In this document: positions 1-9,376 of the stretch, one piece after another
How the letters are laid out: each line of letters opens with the position of its first letter
Numbering within the stretch: position 1 is the stretch's first letter
From: a virus
Lineage: Duplodnaviria > Caudoviricetes
Length of the DNA stretch: 24,018 nt
Virus record (IMG/VR): IMGVR_UViG_3300031952_000138
Location: 1 to 24,018 of that record
Reading direction: 5' to 3' (one strand)
Translations under genes and position numbers: made by a program
Notes under the pieces: model-generated
The model's database searches: none
The model's input: the letters and a program-made list of their open reading frames with translations, nothing else
Told to the model about the DNA's origin: nothing

Positions 1-149
1 TGAGCATCGGCATCATCGCCCTCGTCGGCGCCGTTGCCATCGGTGCCGCCCTCGGTGTCGTCGCTGCCTGCGAGGCCGTCGACGACGCCCTGCGCAGCCG
101 TCGCCGGCAGCGCGCCCTCGACTCATTTACGACCCGCGAGGACCGATGA
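1..149 (+). CDS. Small membrane protein, 5' end at the window edge (..SIGIIALVGAVAIGAALGVVAACEAVDDALRSRRRQRALDSFTTREDR)
   Basis: Open frame from base 3 to TGA 147-149, overlapping the next ATG (ATGA). One hydrophobic N-terminal segment. Confidence 0.6.
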   Translation, partial: SIGIIALVGAVAIGAALGVVAACEAVDDALRSRRRQRALDSFTTREDR

Positions 150-823
150 GCACGACCATCACCGCCCGCGTCGAGACCACCCTCGCGCGCGGCCAGAACA
201 ACCGCGAGCACCACCGCGTCCGCGCCAACCGCGTCGCCGCCGAGCGCGAGGCGACCCGCCTCGCCCTCGCCGCCGGCGACTGGCGCGGCGACCCGGTGTC
301 ACTCCGTCGCGCCGAGCTGGGCGCGCGCGTGACAATTGTCCGCCCGTTCGTCACCACGCCCCTCGACGGCGACAACCTCTCTGCCGCCTGCAAAGCCGTG
401 CGGGACGAGGTCGCTGCGTTCCTCGGGGTCGACGACGCCAGCGCCCGGCTGCATTGGGTCTACATGCAGTCCCCCGCCGTCGTCACCGGTCGGTCGACCA
501 AGCCCGGCCGGACCCGGGCAAGCACCGACCACGACACCCGCCCGCTGCTGCGCATCGAGGTGATGCCCGTCGGCGACATCGACCCGCAAGCCCAGGCCCT
601 CGCCCAGGCCGAGGCCCGAGAATGGGCCCTCGGGGTGCAGGTTGTCGCGCAGGCCGCGCGGCTGCGACTGGCCGAGGACCTGGCTAAGGCCCTGCGCTAC
701 TACGCCGCCCGCGAGTATCACAGCAGCATTGCGCCGGACGCCGCTATCCAATGGCGCGCCGACAAAGCCATGGCCGCCTGGGATGCCGTGCCGGGTGACG
801 TTGGCCCCGTTGACCTCGGGTGA
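146..823 (+). CDS. RusA-like Holliday junction resolvase / endodeoxyribonuclease with a C-terminal extension
   Basis: Motif PLDGDNLSAACKAVRDEVAAFLGVDD fits the RusA D-x-D-N-x(n)-K-x3-D...DD catalytic pattern. N-terminal N..EH motif, GAGG RBS, ATGA coupling. Confidence 0.7.
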   Translation: MSTTITARVETTLARGQNNREHHRVRANRVAAEREATRLALAAGDWRGDPVSLRRAELGARVTIVRPFVTTPLDGDNLSAACKAVRDEVAAFLGVDDASARLHWVYMQSPAVVTGRSTKPGRTRASTDHDTRPLLRIEVMPVGDIDPQAQALAQAEAREWALGVQVVAQAARLRLAEDLAKALRYYAAREYHSSIAPDAAIQWRADKAMAAWDAVPGDVGPVDLG

Positions 824-867
824 GGCCGGTGGCAACCTGTCGAGGTGCAGCCTAAGCAACAGCACGT

Positions 868-912
868 GGACCCTGCCCCTGCGATTCTGCTAGGGGTGGG
901 GTTCGGCCTTTC
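868..912 (+). terminator. Hairpin between convergent rusA-like and terL genes, probable terminator
   Basis: ggaccctgcccct (868-880) pairs with aggggtggggttc (892-904), 13 bp including G-U pairs. Only a short T run follows. Confidence 0.5.
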
Positions 913-917
913 TGGGG

Positions 918-2450
918 TCAGTATCGCTCTCGTGACCCTCGGCGTAGCGCCCTCGACGAGTGAATGATGACGCTATGGTCGATGCTGGCGACGACGTCGA
1001 CAGGCACCGATGCCGGCAGCGCGTCGAGATAGAACTCCCGCGCGAACGAGAGGGCGTTCAGGCCGTCGTCAAGGCCCTCATACGACGGTCGACCCTTCGG
1101 CCCCGTCGGCGGTTGGATGTTCGACGACTTGACTTCGACGACCAGCTCGGGCCCGATGGGGACGACGCCCTGCTCGATGGCGAGCTTCAAGCGCTGCAGC
1201 CGAAAATGTTTCTCTTCCCCTGACCGTTGCTCGGTGACGTGCCACCGAGAGAACTGTTTCAGGGCCTCGTACACGCCGACGCCGACGCCGTTGGATTCCA
1301 CGACGATGGTCTGCGGGACGTAGCGCCCTGCGGTGTCCTTCACCATCTCGACGAGGTCGGGGAGGCTTGTGCTGTTGCTCACCCAAGTCGCGAGGATGGT
1401 TCCAGTCAACAGCGACAGGACGACGATGGCCGACGAGTCCCCGCCCCCGCCGGCCGCAACGTCGACGCCAAAGACCACCGGCTCGTCGGGCATCGCATCG
1501 CGGTACCGGTGCCACCCGTCGAAGCGCTTCGCCTTGCCGTCCCATTTGCCATTGGCGACGACGACGGCGTCGGTGAATCGGAGAATCCATCGGCCGCGCG
1601 CGAAGCTGAAGCAGTGCTCGGGGAGCTGGGGAAACTCCCGCATGGCCCCGTCCTCGTCGCCCGCGAAATCAACGCGCATGCGATGCCACCACCAGGCCGC
1701 CGTGCTTCGCTGAGTGAACCCGTACCGCGTCCCCGACAGGGTGAGCCAGGTGTCCTCGTCGATGGTCGACGGCTCCCGCTGATAGACCGGATGACGCTCG
1801 ATGGGGAGGAAGACCCGGTGCCACTCGTCGGCGCTGCCCTCATCCTCCCCGTGCCACAGGGTGCGGAAAAGATTGTCGGCCGCGCTGGCCGTGGACTCGA
1901 TGACGATGCGCGCCCCGGGCAACGCCGTCGACGTCAACCCGCGAAACACCGCTGCATCCGACAGCCAGAAGGCAAGCTCGCTGGCGTGAATAAACCCGTA
2001 GGACTTCGAGCGACCCACCCGCGATTCCCCACCCTCGGCGCGAGAGACGGCCGAGAGCGCATCGATGACCGTGCACACCCCATCGGGCCCCGCGTTCGCC
2101 AGCTCCACGCTGCCCTTATTGCGCGCGCCCACCTCGATGCCGAGCTGGTCGCACCACCCGGCGAGGCGAGCAAGCAGACCTTGAGCTTTGTCGCGAGTGT
2201 CGGCGACAATGGCGCAGGGGACGCCCGGGTTTGCGATGGCGAAGGCGAGGACGGCGAGCAGGCTCACCGTCGACACGCCCATCTGTCGGCCCTTCAGCAC
2301 GATGGTGCGCTCGTGCTCGAGGATGGCCTCGAGCACTTCCACCTGGGCGTCGGTGATGCGCCAGCGGCTGATGGCCCCCTGTTGCTCCTGATTCAGTATC
2401 ATCAGCAAGCCCGACAGCCGCCGGGCGACGTCGAGGATGGGCCGCTTCAC
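918..2450 (-). CDS. terL: Terminase large subunit
   Basis: Walker A VLKGRQMGVST, Walker B FIHASELAFW, motif III IESTA. RNase H-like nuclease motifs FGVDVAAGGGGDSSA, VESNGVG and DDGLNAL. GTG start at 2450 overlaps the upstream stop (GTGA). Confidence 0.93.
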   Translation of the reverse strand: MKRPILDVARRLSGLLMILNQEQQGAISRWRITDAQVEVLEAILEHERTIVLKGRQMGVSTVSLLAVLAFAIANPGVPCAIVADTRDKAQGLLARLAGWCDQLGIEVGARNKGSVELANAGPDGVCTVIDALSAVSRAEGGESRVGRSKSYGFIHASELAFWLSDAAVFRGLTSTALPGARIVIESTASAADNLFRTLWHGEDEGSADEWHRVFLPIERHPVYQREPSTIDEDTWLTLSGTRYGFTQRSTAAWWWHRMRVDFAGDEDGAMREFPQLPEHCFSFARGRWILRFTDAVVVANGKWDGKAKRFDGWHRYRDAMPDEPVVFGVDVAAGGGGDSSAIVVLSLLTGTILATWVSNSTSLPDLVEMVKDTAGRYVPQTIVVESNGVGVGVYEALKQFSRWHVTEQRSGEEKHFRLQRLKLAIEQGVVPIGPELVVEVKSSNIQPPTGPKGRPSYEGLDDGLNALSFAREFYLDALPASVPVDVVASIDHSVIIHSSRALRRGSRERY

Positions 2451-2836
2451 GCCTCGCCCTCGTCGTCGCCAGTGAGCAACGCCCGCAGCTCGTCGACGCG
2501 CCGCGAGACCTTCGGGGCGGGCTTGTTGCGTTTCTCGGGTGCGCCGGCGGCGAGGGAGAGCAGGTGCATCGCCGCCTTGGCTGACGTGCCCGCCAACGTC
2601 ACATCGCCCCGCCATGCCGTCGCCAGCATCTCAAGTTCGTGGATATAGCGCGCGGCGTTGATGCTCGTGACGCGCTGGATTTCGTCCGCAGCCTCGTCGA
2701 ACGTCATCACCACGCCCTCGATGACAGGGACGCGCGGGACCCAAGCGTCGGCGGGAATGTCCGCCGCGCTCTTGTCGACCGTCGCCTTCGAGACCGCGCC
2801 GGTGTCGAAAATGTCCCGCCGTTTGGCTGTCGTCAT
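2447..2836 (-). CDS. Hypothetical protein, candidate terminase small subunit (129 aa)
   Basis: Directly upstream of and coupled to terL, helical character. Call rests on position only. Confidence 0.45.
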   Translation of the reverse strand: MTTAKRRDIFDTGAVSKATVDKSAADIPADAWVPRVPVIEGVVMTFDEAADEIQRVTSINAARYIHELEMLATAWRGDVTLAGTSAKAAMHLLSLAAGAPEKRNKPAPKVSRRVDELRALLTGDDEGEA

Positions 2837-2837
2837 C

Positions 2838-3314
2838 TCACCCTTCGACCAGCTCGTCGCGCAGACGGACCTTCGCCAACACATGCCGGCGATGAATCAG
2901 CAGGGGCTCAAGGTCAGGGTGCAGCGGTTCCAACATCGCGTTACGCACCACGACGACGTCGCCCGGGTCGACGCTCACCCACGTCTGCGGATGCTGGTCC
3001 GCTGCGGCCTCGACGGTGCCGATGCCGGCGACGACGTAGGCGATGCAGGCCGTCCCGAGGGTGCCCTTCACCTCGTCGACAGCGGTCACAATCCCGCCCG
3101 TCGACTTCGCCGGCCTTCGCAGGGGCAGCAGAAGCACGGTGTTCGGTGCAACGTCGGCGAACGCGCCGATGGGCAGCCCGCATGAATACAGCTCGTGGAC
3201 GCTCACGGCGCCGTCGATGGCTGCAGGGGTGATGCCGTCGGGGGTGACGGGAGCAACCTCGGCGGCGTCCTCGGTGTTGCGGCGGTCGACAATCGTGAAC
3301 TTTTGCTCGGTCAT
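2838..3314 (-). CDS. GroES/Cpn10-like co-chaperonin with an N-terminal extension (158 aa)
   Basis: PNTVLLLPLRRPAKSTGGIV resembles GroES PLxDRVLV...KTxGGI. VVAGIG...VSVDPGDVVVV resembles VVAVGxG...VKVGDxV. LLIHRRHVLAKV resembles LILRExDILAVV. ATGA coupling at 3314. Confidence 0.8.
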   Translation of the reverse strand: MTEQKFTIVDRRNTEDAAEVAPVTPDGITPAAIDGAVSVHELYSCGLPIGAFADVAPNTVLLLPLRRPAKSTGGIVTAVDEVKGTLGTACIAYVVAGIGTVEAAADQHPQTWVSVDPGDVVVVRNAMLEPLHPDLEPLLIHRRHVLAKVRLRDELVEG

Positions 3315-3634
3315 TGGCTGGTGTCCTTGGTGGTGGGGATTGACTTGATGATGATGCGCTCGCCGTCGACGTCGATGTGACCCATGAGGGTCAGCATCCG
3401 CAGCATGGCGAACAGGATTTCCTGATTCATCTCCTGCTTTGCCTCGACAAGCGAGCACACCCCGTCATCGTCGGCGAGCTGCGAGAGGGTCTGCAGCACC
3501 GCGAGGGGGACGAACTGGTTCGTCAGGTATTTCGACTGCGCGTACCACCCTCGAAGGTTGGTCGGGTGCCGATGCTTTGGCACTTTGACGGCCTGGGCGT
3601 CGACGAGCTGCGGTTGGTCTGGTTTCTTGGTCAT
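3311..3634 (-). CDS. Hypothetical protein, possibly winged-helix-like (alternative start at 3652)
   Basis: GAGG RBS before ATG 3634; stop overlaps the next ATG. Helix-helix-beta hairpin pattern (LRMLTLMGHIDVDGERIII). Confidence 0.65.
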   Translation of the reverse strand: MTKKPDQPQLVDAQAVKVPKHRHPTNLRGWYAQSKYLTNQFVPLAVLQTLSQLADDDGVCSLVEAKQEMNQEILFAMLRMLTLMGHIDVDGERIIIKSIPTTKDTSQ

Positions 3635-3648
3635 GTGTGTCCTCGTGC

Positions 3649-4113
3649 TCATGCGAGACTCGCATATCCCGAGATACGCTTGTCGTCGACAGCGTAGTCC
3701 CGCCGAGCCACCTTGTTCGAGCTGTTCCCCTCGATGGTATGCACCCGGCCCTCGGTGACATGCTCCACGATTCCGCAGTGATTCCCCGCAACCCCGACGT
3801 CGCTCGTTGCGTTGGCGAAAAAAATGACGTCGCCCGGTTGGGGGTCGTAGCCCTTGCGAGGACGGAAGACGCCATTCTCCCCGGCGACATCGATGAACCC
3901 CGAGACCCGGCGGCATTTGTAGTGCTGGGCCTCGAACGCATGGCGCCATCGATTGTCTGACTGATGGATGCACCACAGGACGAACCCGGCGCACCAGGCG
4001 AGGGCGTCCCCGCGCATGTACCGCTGGGCCGGGATGCCGTCGTTTTTTCCGGTGGCCTCGCTGACCCCGAGCTGCGTTCGTGCGACGTCGTGGGGGCCCT
4101 TCATCGTGTTCAC
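3649..4113 (-). CDS. CHAP-domain amidase/peptidase (putative endolysin)
   Basis: AWCAGFVLWC (catalytic Cys), PQPGDVIFF, NHCGIV (His) and TIEGNS are the canonical CHAP motifs. GTG start 4113 (GTGA overlap) or ATG 4104. Confidence 0.88.
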   Translation of the reverse strand: MNTMKGPHDVARTQLGVSEATGKNDGIPAQRYMRGDALAWCAGFVLWCIHQSDNRWRHAFEAQHYKCRRVSGFIDVAGENGVFRPRKGYDPQPGDVIFFANATSDVGVAGNHCGIVEHVTEGRVHTIEGNSSNKVARRDYAVDDKRISGYASLA

Positions 4114-5126
4114 CACTCGAACCAAAGGAGGAGAGACGCACGTTCGACGACGCCGGCCGTGGCGGCAAACTGCACGGTAAAATCCTGCGCAAGGAGTTCC
4201 ACCCCGCCGTTTAGCGCGATGGCCAGGGCCCCGCTGTCGGCCGTCATAAGCAGGTCGACGGCATGGTTGTTCGAGAGCGTCGCTACCGTCGTGCCCGCCG
4301 AGTCCTTCACAACAGCCGAGACCGTGTTGCCGGTGCCGTTCGCCGCTGATGTCAGGTAGGCGCGCACGATGCGCGAGGAGCACCGCGCCGACGACGGGAC
4401 CGGTAGCACTCGCAGGAGGTTGGCCGGCGTGGTGAAGCCGCTGAAAACGGTATGCGTCGCCATGGCCGCCGTCATCCCCCGCGCGGTGAGCTTGGCGACC
4501 TGAACCGCCAGCTCCACCGTCGCCCCAACGCCAGCGCTCCCGACGAGCAACGCATCGGCCAGCCCGTCGGTGAAGTCGGCGAAGGCGAAATCGGGGACGT
4601 CGAGGAACCCGCCAGCTCGCCAGCGGTCGACCTGGACGTGCAGGACGACGTCGCAACGCTCGGTCGTGAATGAGACGCCCTCGATGATGAGGTCGTAGCT
4701 TACCCCGGCGTCGAGGGTGACGCTCTGAATATTGGTGTCGTCGACGTCGGAGGCTGTCGTCGCCCCCGCAGCGACGTTCAGGTACGGCGTCGTCGCCCCG
4801 GTGGGAACGACCCCGGTGACCGCTCGCTTGAGTGCAATCGTCATCGCCGACGCCGCCGTGACGTTGCCGTTCAGAAATGCACGCACGACGGTGCAGGCCA
4901 CGGGGCAGGTGAAGCGCTGCGTCCGCGTCCCGATGGTGTCGATGTTTGCAATCCCGCCGGCCATGTCCTTGTTGAAGGGAAACGTCAGCGCCGCGAGGGC
5001 GTAGCGCTTCTCGCTGACGTCGGCGAGGGCGTCCTTCGAGTACAAGAATAGCTCATTGAGGTCGGTGGGTGAAAGCGCGTCCCCCGCCGTGAATCGGACA
5101 ATCTGCTGCGAGGCGAGCACCTTCAC
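4110..5126 (-). CDS. Putative virion/tail structural protein (338 aa, beta-rich)
   Basis: GTG start overlaps the upstream stop. Thr/Val/Ala-rich, in the tail region. Confidence 0.6.
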   Translation of the reverse strand: MKVLASQQIVRFTAGDALSPTDLNELFLYSKDALADVSEKRYALAALTFPFNKDMAGGIANIDTIGTRTQRFTCPVACTVVRAFLNGNVTAASAMTIALKRAVTGVVPTGATTPYLNVAAGATTASDVDDTNIQSVTLDAGVSYDLIIEGVSFTTERCDVVLHVQVDRWRAGGFLDVPDFAFADFTDGLADALLVGSAGVGATVELAVQVAKLTARGMTAAMATHTVFSGFTTPANLLRVLPVPSSARCSSRIVRAYLTSAANGTGNTVSAVVKDSAGTTVATLSNNHAVDLLMTADSGALAIALNGGVELLAQDFTVQFAATAGVVERASLLLWFEW

Positions 5127-5647
5127 GAAATCCCCCGGGCAAGGCTCGAACGTGAGCACAAGACGATGGTTGCAACCATGGTAGCGAGGGCGTTTGTCGT
5201 CGACACGTTGACGTCGATGATAGCCCCTTTCGGCAGCAATCGCACCACGCGCGACGTCGTCGCCTGATTCAGCCCCGGCTTGGCGTCCATGTTCCCGTCG
5301 AACAGCAATCGCGCTTGTTTTTTGGCGATGGTGTCGAGGGTGCCGGTCACCTCCATCGCCCAATCATCGAGGATGCCCCCGGCGCTGACCCGGGCGGTGA
5401 TGGTCGCCGCCGCTGACGTGGCCGGCGTCGTGATGACCGCGAGCGTGTCGACGAGCATGTTCACGGGCACAACGAACCGCGCCGTTCGACGAGCTGCAGG
5501 CGTCCCGTTGATGAGGCCCTGGAACGTGAAGATGAGCGGGGCATATCCGGGCAGTCGCCGGTTGTCGGTTCGCATCAGCGTCAACGACGACGATGTCAGC
5601 GCGTTCAGGTCTGCCGCGAGGATGGTTGAGCCGTTGGCGACGGTCAT
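5123..5647 (-). CDS. Putative virion/tail structural protein (174 aa)
   Basis: ATGA-coupled start. N-terminal GSTILAADLN motif typical of tail fiber/baseplate attachment segments. Confidence 0.6.
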   Translation of the reverse strand: MTVANGSTILAADLNALTSSSLTLMRTDNRRLPGYAPLIFTFQGLINGTPAARRTARFVVPVNMLVDTLAVITTPATSAAATITARVSAGGILDDWAMEVTGTLDTIAKKQARLLFDGNMDAKPGLNQATTSRVVRLLPKGAIIDVNVSTTNALATMVATIVLCSRSSLARGIS

Positions 5648-7104
5648 GTCTGAGTCTCTTTCTTGTTCGTCCACGTCCCGCCGGCCTGGACGTCGGCGCT
5701 CTCGACAATGGCCCGGCCCATACTGCTCACGGTCACCTCGAGGTCCAGCTCGGTCGCGCGCACGTTCAGGGTCGCGCGAACGCTGCGAGCGGTGAGCGTT
5801 GCCCAGTTGGTCGTGCCCCAAAGGTCCGTCTCGATGACGGTGTCCCCGTTGACGGTCGTTGACTTGCCGGTGTCGACCACCCCATTCCCGCAGACGCTCA
5901 CAGGGGCCCCGCCATTGGCCGCTGAGATTGAGACCCGACGCACCAGCGGGTTCTCTTGTGGGCCTGACTGCACGCGCCCACAGAGCGCCCCGGCAATGTC
6001 GTTGGCGACGAGGTCTGAGAAATCCCGCAGGCCCTTGGTGTGGATTGCGTAAATGCCGGTGCGACTGATGATGAGGTCTTCCCCGTCGCGCGTGCGCAAC
6101 GTCCCAACGACGTTCAGCGGGTTCGCGGCGAGGCCGGTGTACCAGAACGACGTCGTGCCCTCGTTGAGATCGACGGCGACTGCGTATTTTCGGTCGGACC
6201 CGAACCCGACGAGCACGCCGAACGAGGTGGGAAAGACTCGCCCGAACTGGCGAACGTCCATCACGTCGATGGGGCGCGTCAGTTTTCGGCGGCCTTGGTA
6301 CGACGAGAACCCAATCTCGCGGGAGTTCCCGCCGTTCAGCACCGTCACCCCGTCGACGGTGAGGGCGACGACACCGAACGGAGTTGAACAGGCACCACCA
6401 GGCCGAGAGGTGAGCACTTGCGGGACCAGCGAGATGAACCCGGCGACACTCTGCCCCTGCCCCAGGGCATCCGCCGCCATCGAGTAGGCCCCGGCCGGAG
6501 TGAACATCCACAGGGCGCCGTCGGGCCCTTGCGTGATGGCATGAACCGTCGCCGGCAGCGGGATGTTATTGCCCCCGACGTAGGTTCGAGGGTCGAGGGT
6601 GGGGTCGTTGAAATAGACGATGGACCCCTGCGCAATCGGCATCCGGTCACCGAACGAGCAAATATGCCCCGGCGGCACATCAAGCGCCGTCGTGTCGGGG
6701 TTCCTCGAGGGCGTCGCCACCGCAGGCATCGCCCCGCCACCGGGCAACCCGTACAACGGCGCCGACATCGACGGCGCGTTGATCATCAGCTGGTTGTTCA
6801 CCATCGCATAACTGAAAACCGGCTGGTCGGGATGCGCCCCGAGGGCGAGGCGGTAGCGCTGGATCCATTCCTCGTCGGTGACGACCATCGTGACGAGTCC
6901 CGTCTCGCCGTCCTGGACGAAAAGGTAGTGCTCCATCTCTGATGACGACGGGACCAGCACCGAGAAACCGCCGACGAATTCGCCGTTCGTCACGCCAAAC
7001 GACGACGACGACACCGACACGACGAACCCCCGCCGCGTCGACAATCGCCCGTTGTCGTTGACGACGTTGTGCCGCTCGAAGTTTCGCAGACTGATGGTGC
7101 TCAT
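5644..7104 (-). CDS. Tail hub/nozzle (DNA stabilization) protein, P22 gp10 / T7 gp12-like beta-propeller
   Basis: 486 aa beta-rich. N-terminal NVVNDNGRLSTRRGF resembles the N...G.L..R.G start of gp10-like proteins. Podoviral tail context. Confidence 0.6.
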   Translation of the reverse strand: MSTISLRNFERHNVVNDNGRLSTRRGFVVSVSSSSFGVTNGEFVGGFSVLVPSSSEMEHYLFVQDGETGLVTMVVTDEEWIQRYRLALGAHPDQPVFSYAMVNNQLMINAPSMSAPLYGLPGGGAMPAVATPSRNPDTTALDVPPGHICSFGDRMPIAQGSIVYFNDPTLDPRTYVGGNNIPLPATVHAITQGPDGALWMFTPAGAYSMAADALGQGQSVAGFISLVPQVLTSRPGGACSTPFGVVALTVDGVTVLNGGNSREIGFSSYQGRRKLTRPIDVMDVRQFGRVFPTSFGVLVGFGSDRKYAVAVDLNEGTTSFWYTGLAANPLNVVGTLRTRDGEDLIISRTGIYAIHTKGLRDFSDLVANDIAGALCGRVQSGPQENPLVRRVSISAANGGAPVSVCGNGVVDTGKSTTVNGDTVIETDLWGTTNWATLTARSVRATLNVRATELDLEVTVSSMGRAIVESADVQAGGTWTNKKETQT

Positions 7105-7107
7105 GGT

Positions 7108-7881
7108 TCAACCGCCCAGCAAGTATAGCGCCGTAACGCGCCAGATAGTGTCGGTGACTGCAGGGCAAACGATGGTCGTCGCCGTCGCCGCCGTGACCGA
7201 TTTTATCGGCGCCGATGGTTCGAGGACTTCTTCGAGGGTGGTCCCGATGGCGCCAGCTGTACCGAACGAGAACGCGAGAGAACCGGGCAGGTTCGTCGTC
7301 GTCACCAGTGTAGGTGTAGTGCCGGCGAGGCCTGCGGTCACAAAAAATCGCTTGATGTTGATGCGCGTAAAAAGGTGAAACAGGCCCGCCGGGTTCGCGG
7401 GAATCGTCAACGTCACCGCCGTATTCACGGCCGCCGTCGCCGTCACGCAGAACGGCGCTGGTGCTGGGGTCGCGAGGATTGCGTAGTTAGATATCGATGC
7501 CCGCAGCGCCACCGTGAGCGAGCCCGAAGTGAAAGCCGACACGCGAACGCGAAACGAACGAAACCCAGACACGCCAACCATGACCTGCGTGTTGACGACG
7601 CCCGCGCCCGTGACGAGCGAAACCGTCACCGTGCCCACAAGGCCCGTCAACGCGAACCAGTTGACCCCATCGATGGTTCCTTCGAAGACGACGGTGCCCG
7701 TGAAGGCCGCGGCACGAAGGTCGACGGCGACGACGGTTTTCCCGTTGAGGTCACACGCCGTCGTCGCATTGAGTGCCGACACCGTCGCCGTCGCCGCGCG
7801 CGCGTCGGTGATGGTCTCGCCGGTGATGGCATCGAGCTGCCCCGCAAATGGGTTCCCGCGAACATCGAAAAGCTGAGTCAT
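7108..7881 (-). CDS. Putative virion structural protein (257 aa, beta-sandwich-like)
   Basis: Thr/Val/Ala-rich, contains GTVVFEGTIDGVNWF. Lies in the tail cluster. Confidence 0.6.
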   Translation of the reverse strand: MTQLFDVRGNPFAGQLDAITGETITDARAATATVSALNATTACDLNGKTVVAVDLRAAAFTGTVVFEGTIDGVNWFALTGLVGTVTVSLVTGAGVVNTQVMVGVSGFRSFRVRVSAFTSGSLTVALRASISNYAILATPAPAPFCVTATAAVNTAVTLTIPANPAGLFHLFTRINIKRFFVTAGLAGTTPTLVTTTNLPGSLAFSFGTAGAIGTTLEEVLEPSAPIKSVTAATATTIVCPAVTDTIWRVTALYLLGG

Positions 7882-7884
7882 GAT

Positions 7885-9135
7885 TCACCCGAGAATGTAG
7901 AGAACCTTATACGCCCCGCCGACGTTGTCACGGTCGTTGGAGCTTACCGTAATGAGCACGACACCAGCACCGCTGACGGCAGAAAACGTGACGTTACTGG
8001 CTTCAGGCTCGTTCTCGTCGGTTGGCACTGCGGCACCCCATGCGACAATAATCTTGCTCAATGCTGTAGCGCCAGCATCGACGACGGTGGCCGTCTGCTC
8101 CTGCAGCCCGAACGGGACCGTGATGGTTGCCGCCGTGAGCGATGCACCACCGCCGCTGGCCGAGATGGTAACCGGCCCACCCGCGCCGCCGTCGACGATG
8201 GAGATACCCGAGCCCGCCGTCAGCACCCGCTCTTGTGTCAGCGTCGCATTTGTCGAGAGGGTCACATAGGTGGCGTTCGTCGGGGCACCACCGCCGCCGC
8301 CAAGGTTGTCGAGGTCGACCTCGTTGGGCCCGAGGGTGCGCACTGAATACCCGCGCACCCGTAGCAGCGTGTTCGGGCCGCTGTTGCCGACGTAGTCACT
8401 TGTGTCGCACGAGATGAAGGCGACCCGGGAGTTATCCCCGACGCTGATTGAAACGTTATCGCCGAGCACGTTCATTATCGTGCCCTCGATGTCCGCCGAC
8501 GCTGCGCCCGCGCCGATGGTGCTTCCACCTAGGCCGGTAATCAGCAGCAGTCCGTCGATGGATGACATTGCCCAGCGAGCGCTGTTGTCGTCGACGGCGA
8601 AGACGTTGTCGACCGAGTAAAGGTATAGGTTCTGCGCAAACATCCGCGCGTTGCGCGTTCCCAGCGACACGAACGAACCATGCCCGACGAGGTTGGTACA
8701 GGTTCCCGCCGATGCGTCGACGACGAGGTTTACGAGCCGAACGTAGGGAACGATTTCCGTTGACGCGAAAGCTGCGCTGAACTGCTCAGCGATGACGACC
8801 GTCGTCAACGTTGCACCGCTTTTGACGAGCACTTCGACGTTGACAATATCAACGGGGCATCCGTCGTTCAGTTCGGCACCTCTTGCATAAAAGAGGAACG
8901 GGACGGCGCCGTCGATGAGGAACCTGTACCGCTGCGCCCCGTCGACGCTGAACGCCCGCAGCCCGCCGGGGATGGTAAAGCCCGACGTGACGACGATGTC
9001 ATCGCCGAGCTCGAGCACGCACGGCTGCCCGTCACGCAATCGCAGCGTGATGTTCCGCCTGATGTCATCGGCGCTGTAGACGATGGTCGCCCGTCGAACG
9101 ATGCGGTCGACGTTCGGCCCAAATGCGCGGACCAT
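7885..9135 (-). CDS. Putative tail fiber/spike protein (416 aa)
   Basis: Beta-helix-like middle. Gly-bounded module GGGGGAPTNATYVTLSTNATLTQERVLTAGSGISIVDGGAGGPVTISASGGG, typical of phage fibers. Confidence 0.6.
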   Translation of the reverse strand: MVRAFGPNVDRIVRRATIVYSADDIRRNITLRLRDGQPCVLELGDDIVVTSGFTIPGGLRAFSVDGAQRYRFLIDGAVPFLFYARGAELNDGCPVDIVNVEVLVKSGATLTTVVIAEQFSAAFASTEIVPYVRLVNLVVDASAGTCTNLVGHGSFVSLGTRNARMFAQNLYLYSVDNVFAVDDNSARWAMSSIDGLLLITGLGGSTIGAGAASADIEGTIMNVLGDNVSISVGDNSRVAFISCDTSDYVGNSGPNTLLRVRGYSVRTLGPNEVDLDNLGGGGGAPTNATYVTLSTNATLTQERVLTAGSGISIVDGGAGGPVTISASGGGASLTAATITVPFGLQEQTATVVDAGATALSKIIVAWGAAVPTDENEPEASNVTFSAVSGAGVVLITVSSNDRDNVGGAYKVLYILG

Positions 9136-9362
9136 CAGCGGTCACCGAGCAGGCTCGCCCGTCCGGTGCGCGCTTGTTGCGACATCGGCGATGCTCGTCC
9201 CTGCATCGCCCTGGTCTCCGGTGGTGGCAGACCCGGGCCCGCAGGGATTGCGGCGACGGCCCCCAGCTCGTCCAGGGCGCCGGCGCGCGCTTCGGGTGAG
9301 CCGAGGTCCTCGGGAGGTTCCCCGGCGAGCTGGCGGCGGATTGTGGCGCGATTGATGAGCAT
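9135..9362 (-). CDS. Hypothetical protein (75 aa)
   Basis: Strong GGAGGGAG RBS; stop overlaps the next start (TGATG). Confidence 0.65.
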   Translation of the reverse strand: MLINRATIRRQLAGEPPEDLGSPEARAGALDELGAVAAIPAGPGLPPPETRAMQGRASPMSQQARTGRASLLGDR

Positions 9363-9376
9363 GCGTTCTCCCTCCG

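Noticed and set aside
2451-2615. N-terminal extensions given by the ORF track for terL, and likewise for the GroES, CHAP, tail, ParB and YqaJ genes
   Set aside because: They overlap upstream genes; coupled ATGA/GTGA starts or RBS-preceded starts give better boundaries.
1227-2648. Long antisense ORFs (1227-2648, 11182-12933 and others) in the ORF track
   Set aside because: Shadow frames of real genes, expected in high-GC DNA with strong codon bias; no motifs or RBS.
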